64,000 bases of DNA. Origin: Alloascoidea hylecoeti. Lineage: Eukaryota. The notes beneath the pieces were generated by a model. The model did no database searches and had not been told where the DNA came from. It worked only from the letters and a program-made list of their open reading frames with translations. Positions 34,790 to 45,016 of this stretch are shown here, piece after piece (the first letter of the stretch is position 1; each line of letters opens with the position of its first letter). The stretch covers positions 485,077 to 549,076 of the forward strand of contig BCKZ01000016.1 of the NCBI GenBank assembly GCA_001600815.1, read 5' to 3'. Position numbers and translations under genes: made by a program.

Positions 34790-37734
34790 ATGTCTTCTAA
34801 ATCTCGGATATTCGCTAGAGCTCCTTCTTCCTCTGCCTCCCCCAAACTTGGCTCAAGCTTAACCAAATCATCTAAGCTTAAACCACATTCTCTTCGGCAA
34901 ACATCTCAACTCCATACCACTACAAACGGTTCGGTATCAAAAAATATATCGAGGCCAAGTTCTAGCGAAAGCTCTCGCCTTGGACGATCACCTAATTCAA
35001 GCATTGCTAATGGCTCGAAGTTAAACGGAATTACTAATACCACTAAACATGGTTCTCACCCCCTTCAAGAATGGGATAGAGAAATAGTGGTAAGTATATA
35101 CATTTATACATGAGAACACATTTATTAAAACAATATTTATAGACTAATTTGACCATTCTATAGGTTGATAACTATATCAAGTCTGGTGGGCTTCCACGAA
35201 TATTAAGTCCGACACTCCCCGCTTTCATTGACAATGCTGATACAGATGACATCCCCCAAAAGATGTTATCACCCACACTTCCTCCCATTTTCAGCCATTC
35301 AAATCGTAGCGACAAAGGAAATGAGTCTCCATCACTTTCTCCAATGCAACTAGATGATCCTGATGATCTGGAACATGAACAAGACCAACATAATTACAGC
35401 CGTACAAACAATAATCGGATAGATAAAGACGCTTCTAGAACTGGTTCATCCAAGAGAAAGAATATAACACATATAGAAATGCACGACAAGAACATTGGAT
35501 TGGGTATCAAAGTTGAAAATGGAGATGGTTTCAATCCATTTAACAAAAACTCTATAACTCCAAGATATCAATACGATTCAAGTGATGATAACCATGATAA
35601 TGAAAAACTAAAGAGATCACATATACGAGATAATGGTTCTCGGTCTTCGAGATTGGCTATAAATTTGAATACCAGAATTAGAGATAAAGCAAGAGATATT
35701 TCTAGAGAAAGGCTACAGATAGAAAATGAACAGCTCAAGAAAACCAGAGCGATAATAAAGATGGAAGAATTAGAACTAGAACGAATAAGAGAGGAAAAAG
35801 AAAAGCATGCTAGAGAAAAAGAACGTGCCATTGAAAGACAGAAAGAAATACAACGTGAAGAAGATAAAAGAATAGAAAAGGAAAAACGAGAACGAGAGAA
35901 TTGGCTTCGAGAAAAAGAAGAACTCAAACGTGAAAAAGACAAGCTTGCACGAGAAAGAGAAGAAATAGAAAGAGAAAAATATCACCTGAAAAGGTTGGAA
36001 GAAGAGAAGCAGAAGGAATTGGAACGACAATTGGAAGAAAAAAGGCGGCAAGACGAATTAGAGAGAAAAAGACGAAAAGAAGAAGAAGAGGAGAAACAAA
36101 AACAGATAGAGAAAATGAAACGAGAAGAAGAAGAACTTGAAATACAGCGCAAAAAGGAAGAGGAGCAGAAACAGAAACAGATAGAGGAAGAAGAACGAGC
36201 GAAAAAAGCAAGAGAAAATCAAGAACGGAAAGAAAAGGAAGAGCAAGAGCAAAAGAGACAAGAACTAGAGAATAAGCGGAGTCGTGAACGGAAAAGATAT
36301 GAAAAAGAATTGGAACATCGGAACCAATCCGAAAGTTTACCATCGACTCATGCAGATGACTCTCGATATTCCAAAGAACATAAATACCAGAGGGAAAGAG
36401 GAAATAGATTTGGGGAAAGAAAGTCCCCTATACGCGAAAATTCATCAACAAGATCAAGACTATTTAATAACCCTCCAGAAAGACGGGGTTCTTCATCACT
36501 CTCTAAATCTAATCGAACCAAAATTGAAAAAACACATGAGATTGATAAACGAAATGAAGACAGTAAACTTGAAAATCGTCGTGTGAAATCTATCCGCACA
36601 CAAGAAGGTTATAACCGTGGATCATCTTCCAATCGAAGCTCTTCAAGATTAACTCCACCACATATTCCGAGTAAAATATTCAATAAAGATTTTTCTTCTT
36701 CAGACTCTGAGGAAGAAAGATTCAAATCTAATGAAAAAAGACAATCAACCGAAAATAGAACCAAAACTACAAGTAAACGGGCTTTTTCGTCGGAAGAAGA
36801 AACAATGACAGAATCAGCAAAAAAGAGAAGGATTGCTTCTCACAAATCCATGTCCCCCTCAAGATCAGTTTCAGAAAATAATCCATCAGTAAAATCTAAA
36901 GAAACAGATTCCTCAAAAATATCTTCCAAAATATTTGGCAATAATAATGGTAGTTCTCACTTAAATAATGATAGGAACAAAAGACCTGATATCATTTCTA
37001 GAAATTCAAAAGGGAATACAAATCACATTGAATCAAAAGAGGTGCTGGAAAAGAAATATAATGGGATCAGAAAGAAGCGACAATTTTGGGGTGAGATTGC
37101 AAGAAATAAAAAGCACGAATCTGATGATATTATGAAGAAAGAAAGAAATCTCAAAAAAGGTGGAATAATCGGTTTAGATTCTCTACTGACATACTTAATT
37201 GCATTTGATTTGGAAGATAAAATGAGTTTGTCAATTAAGAATGTTCCAAGCGAAAGAAACTGGGACACATTATTTCCGTATCTGAAACACTTGGAGACAC
37301 TTCATGAAGATAATAATTGGCATTTAATCAGCGGATTGTGTTGCTATATTAGTGCGATTATTCATTTACGAGTAGCTCATTACCTTCATTTATCTTTGGG
37401 TGCGAATGAAGGTAAGGACACACAAATCCCAATAATGACACGAATAATCAAACATAACGAAGAAGCGCATCAATGTTTGCTTAAAGGAGAGAGACAGTTG
37501 AATATAAGACGAGTGAGAACACACTTTCCAAAGACGTTCAGCAAACGTAATGATGAGCCACAACCACAACTCAAATCAGAGAATGGTTTTAGGCCATTGG
37601 AAGACAAATATTACTTGCCTTTACAATGCTCCACCTCTTTACGAGAGATCACTAGTTTTGGGTATTCTGTAATGAAAGAGTGGGCAGACAATAATGACAT
37701 ATCTTGTGAATGGGCAATAGATACAACACATTAG
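34790..37734 (+). CDS. Large charged protein with LSPTLP motifs and an Ebp1/AFF-like C-terminal helical domain, 2 exons
   Basis: Exon 1 34790-35089, intron 35090-35163 (GTAAGT..ACTAAT..TAG), exon 2 35164-37734 in frame. LPRILSPTLP and MLSPTLPP motifs, an E/K/R coiled coil, and a C-terminal domain starting WGEIARNKKHESD. Confidence 0.7.
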
Positions 37735-38140
37735 AATTTAATATTAATGAGAGTTGAGATTTAGAAAGATAGAGTTTATAGTGAGCGTATATTACCACTT
37801 TATGACTAATATTAATAGTTGGATATTCCGTATAGATTTAACTGGCTGACTATAAAAAGTGTATTTCTAGACTTCATAATTGCATTAATATTGTCACAAC
37901 TACCTGCCCGGATTATAACTAAAATCTCACATAGATGAGGCTAAACTGCTTACGTAAAACAGTCATAAAATGGAGGAATTTCCGAAATCCTGTAGTCGCA
38001 AACCGTGAATTCCAAATCGGGTTTATGAATAGCATTCGCATGCATGACTATAACGATTGTATATTGACTTATATAAGGGCATCGTGTTTCCCACTAATTA
38101 TAGCATTCTATACTACACATTCCACTTTCTAATCATAATA

Positions 38141-39025
38141 ATGTCTTCTACCATAAAACTCACTCAGGAAGATCAAATCCCTCTTGCTACAGATATGGGG
38201 GCCCTTGGAAACCGAATCAATAAGCAGACCAAAACCATTCATAACAAAATCGATAAGGTCGTAAGCTTAAGATTAATTTATGCCCTAAGAGAACCAAAGG
38301 TATATCGTCAGGGTCTCCAATCATTTTATCACGTATTTCAGACTATTGAGTCACAATATGAATATGTCCAAAAACATAAAGATCAATACGATGAAAGGAT
38401 AATAAATATCCTCGGTGCTATTTGGAAACCAGCTTTTGGAAGAACAGTTCGTGTTGAGAAAGATTTATTATTCTTTTATGGTAATGAAGCAAAATTCAAA
38501 ACTCCAATAATGAAAGAGCAGATTGACTTCGTTAACCACATAAAGCAAGTCACAACTGAGAATCCCCTTTTACTACTCGCCTACTTTCATGTAATGTATC
38601 TAGCTCTGTTTGCCGGTGGCAGAATCATGAGGTCTTCCATTGCTCAGTCAATTGGTCTTTTTCCTCAGGTTAAAGGTAAAACCAGTGAAGAAGTAGCTCT
38701 AGAGGCTACTAATTTCTTTCGGTTTGATGTTGAAGATGAAAATTCATTAAGATACTCTTTTAAAAAGGACTATGAAATAAACACTCGAAACGAGTTATCA
38801 GAAAAGGAAAAGGAACTAATAATAGCAGAAGCTCAAATTATTTTTGAAAGAAACGTTCTGTGTGTTCAAGAACTTGAATTACACAACAGACAATTACTTA
38901 CTCAAAAACTTAGCTATAAAGTGATCAAGTCTAGTCGTTTGGTTTTACTTGGAATTATAATTCTTTGCTTAATTTATTATCTTAATAAGTATGCCGGTTC
39001 TATACTCTCCATTGCATCGCTATGA
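38141..39025 (+). CDS. HMX1: Heme oxygenase
   Basis: RINKQTKTIHNKID (heme-ligand His), YRQGLQSFYHVF, HVMYLALFAGGR and a C-terminal transmembrane anchor. First ATG is at 38141. Confidence 0.92.
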   Translation: MSSTIKLTQEDQIPLATDMGALGNRINKQTKTIHNKIDKVVSLRLIYALREPKVYRQGLQSFYHVFQTIESQYEYVQKHKDQYDERIINILGAIWKPAFGRTVRVEKDLLFFYGNEAKFKTPIMKEQIDFVNHIKQVTTENPLLLLAYFHVMYLALFAGGRIMRSSIAQSIGLFPQVKGKTSEEVALEATNFFRFDVEDENSLRYSFKKDYEINTRNELSEKEKELIIAEAQIIFERNVLCVQELELHNRQLLTQKLSYKVIKSSRLVLLGIIILCLIYYLNKYAGSILSIASL

Positions 39026-40012
39026 TAACGATGTTTCACTACAAATTTTGATAGTTATTTGTTAATCTTGCTATAGCTCTAGTTCTAAGGAAATGATCAT
39101 CATAAAAATGCTTAAGTGAAGTAAAATAAAGCTTAATATAAGAGATATTTAATCATAACTTCGGGTAAAGGAACTATATATATAATATTATAAATGACGC
39201 TATAGATATTTAATATTATTACATTATATTGATCACTTACTAACTTACGTCTAATTATTCTAAATAATAAAACGGTTATACATGTAGCTATAATGTTTCC
39301 CCACTTCGCACGTTATTCCTAAGAAGTATTAGTGATCCGTAACGTATTGGTGTCTAAGCATAAATTGATTGCCAACTGTTTGAGAATTAATTGACTGATA
39401 ATCGTAATTTTATTCAGTTGAAATAAATTAATTACTTCACAAGTCTGGCAAAAAAGGCTTAACTCCATATCAAACTTCTTCGCCTGATTAATGAACCTTA
39501 CACAACATGACTACTTTTCCTAGGTGCTATATCCTGATCAGCTCACAACACTAGGCAATGTTAATAGTTTTTGTATTACATAGAGTCTTAATGATTTCTT
39601 TCCAAAACATTGGTCAGGCTCAAGTATAGTACATACTTATTGACTTATAGATTCGCCTACATTTAGAAAATATTAGCCCATATCTTGAACCAATTATTCG
39701 ACCACATGATGTAATGATATTCGACTAGTCACTTAATTTCGTCCACCTTGTATTAAATAACTTACTATGTAAGTAATTTTTAGAAAAAAATATAATTGTA
39801 CCTCTAATATTATCTTTGAAGGGAATTGATATACTAGAATAAGGATAGTAAATGTTACTCATGTAGATTAATTACAAATAAGTAATAACTAACAGGTAAG
39901 GTAGTAAGTATGATACGACCATACCCCACTCCCCAGGCTATCTTTAGCTTTACAATATTAATTACTTTCTAAGCCTTTTCCAAACAAAATATTTCCTAAA
40001 CAATATTTAAAT

Positions 40013-40928
40013 ATGTTACGGATTGAATCATCATCATATTGATATTTCTTACTTTGAGGCCTTAAATGGTAAGACGGATGTCACTATTGTGTGTATACAT
40101 GGACTCGGATCATCTCAAAACGTTTATTACCCAATGACTGATATACTACGCCAAGATTACAATGTAGTTTTATTTGATAACGAAGGTGCAGGAAGATCAC
40201 CAATTAGTAAAGAAGTCTCTCTTGACCTCAACTTTCAACAGTTAGATGATAATCTTAGATCTTTGACAATAAAGACAATGGCAGAAGATGCTATCTTAGT
40301 TTCACGACACGTCCGAGCAAAGAAAATCGTTTTAATAGGACACTCTATGGGGGCAATGATTGCCAATTATATTCTGAGCACTATATCTACAGGTAGTGAA
40401 TCTGGAAATCCTCTCACATCAGGGCTTGAAATCTTAGGTGCAATTCTATTTGCACCGGTTCATCCCAACTCTAAACTATCTCTGATACTGGAAGATCGGA
40501 TCAAGAGTATCTTACAAACACAAATACAAACTAGGATTATTTTCAATACTGGTAAAATTACATTAGAACATCTAGCAAACAAATTACCGGAAGTTGCAAC
40601 AGGTCCCGAAACATCTTCTTTAACAAAGGGATTTATTAGGGAGTTAATAATGAGCTCTTCCCCTGAGGGTTATATTGCAAATTGTAAGGTAATAGCAGGA
40701 ACTGATCCAAAATGTATAGATTATAATAAGATTAAGGTGCCTGTACTGATAATCATAGGAGAGTTTGATATTACAACCCCTTGGGACCAATGTGTTGAAG
40801 TCATTTCTAAAGGAATTACTGGAAGTAAAATCGAAGAAGTTAAAGGTGCTGCACATTGGATTATGCTTGAGAAGCCGGACGAATCCGTTAATTTGGTTAC
40901 TTATTGGATTAAAAGTTTAGGTCTGTAG
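40013..40928 (+). CDS. Alpha/beta hydrolase (3-oxoadipate enol-lactonase-like), start codon out of frame
   Basis: IHGLGSS oxyanion motif, GHSMG nucleophile elbow, GEFDITTP (Asp) and AAHWIMLE (His). No in-frame ATG precedes the HG motif; see findings. Confidence 0.8.
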
Positions 40929-41148
40929 ACTTAGAAGTTATTGAATATACTTGGAATATATGAATAAAAGTAAAAAAGATACAGTAAAGGCCCCATAATT
41001 GAATTTTTTTCGATTGCAATTAAAGCTAGATTAATTAAACTTAAACATCGTATAACAAGACAATCACTATTTACATGAAGTTTTATATTTTGTCGTTGAA
41101 GATCTCAGATCATCAGATATGAAAATAACAACACTCCTATAAAACCTT

Positions 41149-41526
41149 TTATTTTTCAAGCTTTCTCTTTTGAGCACGAACAAGCCTTCGCTTCTTTCTT
41201 TGTTTGTGATTCTTCATCTTAATTCTTCTCTTTCTCATAACAGAGGTGGTGTGAATAGCATAATCCGTTGTATTTGGTTCCATGATGCTCTTACTTTGAG
41301 TCTTAACGTCTTCGAGTTTACTATTGCAAGAGATTTCGAGCTTTGGAGATGTTATAGCATTAGACCCAAGTAAGTTAGATCTATAACCTTCCGGGCTTTT
41401 ATAATTGAGATTCAAATATATGGGAGTATGTCTTATAAATGAAGAACTAAGAGATGAAATCGTTCTTGTCTGACATACATGCTTCAAAGACAAAGGAACA
41501 ACCCTTGTTGCCGCCACAGAAAACAT
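41149..41526 (-). CDS. QRI5: Mitochondrial small ribosomal subunit protein mS38 (Cox24/Qri5-like)
   Basis: MTS-like N-terminus and C-terminal SVMRKRRIKMKNHKQRKKRR motif. Confidence 0.8.
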   Translation of the reverse strand: MFSVAATRVVPLSLKHVCQTRTISSLSSSFIRHTPIYLNLNYKSPEGYRSNLLGSNAITSPKLEISCNSKLEDVKTQSKSIMEPNTTDYAIHTTSVMRKRRIKMKNHKQRKKRRLVRAQKRKLEK

Positions 41527-41853
41527 TATCCCTCAAACTAACGCTGATGAATGTTCGATAATAATGGATGTTACTTTCTCAACGTCGGTAATTACCCTTT
41601 TATTGATCGGGCTTTTGCTGTGTGTCTGATGGAAGATTTTAAACCAGTTAAAGACAAATGAAAAACATTTACAACAAAATATTACCCGGATTTCTACGTT
41701 TTTACAGCCATCATATTTGATCAAGTAAAATGATAATAATATAAAACCTTTGAACCCCCGATGTTACTGTTTAAAGAACTAACTAATTTTACAAGCAAGA
41801 AAAGAGGTTTTGAAACATGGGGAGCTGGAGTTGAGATAACAACTAACAAGTGG

Positions 41854-42933
41854 TTATACAATTGACTGGTAATATAAAATAAATTCCTTTTTCACATTTT
41901 CCCAACTTGTAGGATCAAAAAAGATATAAACTCCCCTTTCACTTTGTGCTGTATTCTGAATTGGTTCACTGTTCAAATCTTTTGTAAGCCACATCTTAAG
42001 CTCTTTATGAAACCGCCAATTTCTTGAAGTGAGTTCTCGCGCTGCCAATTCTTGCATAATGTCTCGAGGCATAGTGTAAAAGATATAAAACAGTGTTTCG
42101 TCACTAAAATTTGACACTCTTGCGTTCTGGGGAGGGACTACATCAACTGTATAGCAAGATGGCAGTCTAAATGGTGGTTCAACCTCGCACCGTGACGTTT
42201 CTGCCCAAGGTGACGCAAACGTTCGGGACAAAGATTCTCTAGACAAAGAAATAAGCAGGTTAGATAAATAGAGTACTTCAATCTTAAAAAAAATAAGTAT
42301 AATACAGACTTTGAAGACATTTTCAATCCCATCGTGTTCAAATCACTTCCTATCGCAACTGTCGTTTGATCATTGTGTTCCATCCTGATCACACCTAACA
42401 GACCATTTAAACCAAACTGCTCCATACCCGCTGGTTTTGTAGCATCATTTTCCTATCAATAGTGGTGAGTAAGAGTTAAACATAAAAGTAAAAGGATTGT
42501 AAAAACATACTCCTTCTCTAAGTGGTTGCTGTGTTTGTCCTCGATCCTGAGGCTGAGTTTGGCTCTGCTGTATCTGTTGTTCTAGTGGTTGGACCTGCGT
42601 TGAGTTCGACAAAGGTGGAAAAACATTGGCCAAACCCGCACCCACCGATACTGGAGGGTTATTATCAAGCTTATGATTCGGCTGTTGTTGTTGCTGCTGC
42701 TGCATTGGTAGTCCTGGTGGTAGTATTCGGGGCGATCTTCCAAAGGATGATTGTTGTTGTTGTTGTGATCCTAAGGCTGGGAAATCTGACGAATCTGGTG
42801 CAGGTATAGACATATTGTTTACTGCTGGAACAGAGGACGCAATGTTGGTGGAACTAGCTGCAGCCTGAGCAAAAGACGAAGGGGCTCGCTGTTGTTGTTG
42901 GTATGGATTGGTACCACCCTGAAACTGTGTCAT
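41854..42933 (-). CDS. CDC36: CCR4-NOT subunit Not2, 3 coding exons
   Basis: Exons 42933-42511, 42452-42310 and 42238-41854. Introns are GTATGT..TAG and GTCTGT..CTAAC..TAG. FGLNGLL..IGSDLNTMGL and NOT-box FSDETLFYIFYTMPRD..RNWRFHKELKMWLT. A further 5' intron upstream is possible. Confidence 0.88.
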
Positions 42934-44231
42934 GTTGATAGCAGAATTGCTGAATCCCCACAAGTGATTATTAGCTATTGGATGTTTTGTTTTTTGGTTA
43001 GATGATGGATGTTGGCTTGTGGATCTGACAGAAACATACACATTTTATTATTCGTAGTTTAAGAATGATCTTATTAACTTGACTTCGCAAATATGAAAAC
43101 TATTAACAATATTCAAAGCCTGGTTAGATAATTGTTATCTCAACGCTAGTAAATAGGTAAAGAGTGAGAAATCTATGTTTGTAATCTCAAAAAGGTGTTT
43201 CGGACTACTATCTTTGAGTTCATAAGCCATTAAATCGTGGGTAAACCCCTTCCTAACTTCGGAGATACATCTCAATAGAGTGTTCAAATCACTTAATTAA
43301 TCACCGATCGGAGTTGGGTCAAATAAAAAACTAACTCCAATCCCTTGTTTTCTGGCTGTTGTTTTCATGACGTTATAAAAACAAACATTTAAACTTACCA
43401 AATAGAAAAAAAGATCTTTATGAACAAAAGAAACTTACTTTCCTTATAACTGGCAATCCGTGAAAAGTTACAGAGATAAGGTTTCGACTATCAACTTGTA
43501 GACTGTCGTCGAATATATGAAAAATGGATATATTTTTATTTTAAAATTGGAGCCTCTAACCACATACACCCGGAGGTTTGGCTCTCATAGTTTAGGTTAA
43601 TGGTTTTAACTTGTAAAAAAAAGAATGAAATTACGTAATGGACGTTCAATAAGCTTATTTACTTTCAAAGTTTCAATTATTTAACAGTTAAACATTGTAA
43701 ACAAATATTAGTATGAATGGATGGTCTGAATAAAGTGAAAGGATCATAGATTTCCTTAGAGAGAGTTTACGTGAACAACCAAAACTTAAAGGTGATGACG
43801 ATGGGTGAAAGAAAAGAACATGAAAAAGACTTCACTTTAAAAGTTACAAATGGTAAGAAATCTATGGATTCAGTCAGAAGTTAGAACTATAAGGGTTATT
43901 TAAGTGGCTAGTGAAGCTTCATGAAGTATCCCACTTTGCTTCTTTTCACCTCTTTTTTCTTCCCTCGATGGGTTACTGATAACTTAATAGTCCTCTGTTT
44001 CATTTGCTCTTACTTGAATAGAGCCACCAAATAAGATGTATGCATACAGTATATTATCGGGTTGAGATTTAATATATCATTATAATGGTTTTTGTTGTTA
44101 TAAATAATTGGAAACGAATTTCATTCAAAATAATAATTTAAATTTAGTTTATACTGTGTATCACGTGTTATACTTTAATATACATTTTTTTTTTTTTGAT
44201 CTGTATTCAACATTACAAACTAGGAATAAAA

Positions 44232-44771
44232 ATGTCTAGAAATTTACCAAATATCATAATTACAGGCACGCCAGGATCAGGAAAAACAAGCCATGCTCAC
44301 CTTTTAACAGAAAATTTATCAGAACTAAAGTACTTCTCTATGAATGAGATAGCACGAGAAAAAAATGCAGTAGTTGGGTTTGATAAAGACCGCCAAAGTA
44401 CTATAGTCGATGAAGAAAAATTAGCAGAAGCAATTGAAGATGATTTAAATGAAGGTGGTGTAATAATAGACTGGCATGTGTGTGATCCATTTCCCGAAGA
44501 GTTAATAGATCTAGTTGTTGTTCTAAGGGTTGATAATCAAAATCTCTATGATCGACTACAAAAAAGGAATTATTCACAAAAGAAAATCGATGAAAATCTC
44601 GATGTTGAGATCATGGAGGTTATAGTTGAAGATGCTAAAGCTTCTTATGCACCAGAGGTTATTATCGAACTACAAAGTAATTCAGTAGAAGACATGGAAA
44701 GTAACGTTGAAAGAATTGTTACATGGTACAAAAATTGGAAACAAAATAATGAAAACTCTGATGATGAATGA
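44232..44771 (+). CDS. FAP7: Adenylate kinase 6 / Fap7
   Basis: PNIIITGTPGSGKT P-loop, IIDWHVCD, and LYDRLQKRNY..KIDENLDVEIM. Confidence 0.94.
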   Translation: MSRNLPNIIITGTPGSGKTSHAHLLTENLSELKYFSMNEIAREKNAVVGFDKDRQSTIVDEEKLAEAIEDDLNEGGVIIDWHVCDPFPEELIDLVVVLRVDNQNLYDRLQKRNYSQKKIDENLDVEIMEVIVEDAKASYAPEVIIELQSNSVEDMESNVERIVTWYKNWKQNNENSDDE

Positions 44772-45016
44772 ATAATAAAAACTGGTACACTTGCAAACAG
44801 GAAACAAACTTTATTAACCGAATTGAAGCAAATTTAAATATGATAAATTGTGAATGAAAAGTGATAGTGTATAACATAAACAAATGAGGCAAATCTATAT
44901 AATTATACTATTGTACCTATAATTCCGGTGTAAAATAACCCAGAAGTTTCATAAAAAGTAGCAACCTGCGATTCCATATAAAATCAATTGTCTGTAACAG
45001 ACGACATAATAGTGAG

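Noticed and set aside
35568..36599. Several minus-strand Phe/Ser/Leu-rich ORFs
   Set aside because: Shadows of the purine-rich coiled-coil coding strand.
38057..38140. TTG-started N-terminal extension of HMX1 (a similar one precedes FAP7 at 44196)
   Set aside because: No targeting-signal character; the downstream ATGs have good context and precede the conserved domains.
43229..43302. tRNA-sized cloverleaf-like fold with a good T-arm/B-box (GAGTG-TTCAAAT-CACTT)
   Set aside because: Lacks U8, A14, G18G19 and U33, and has an all-AT acceptor stem with a mismatch. At most a lone B-box; tRNAscan-SE would settle it.
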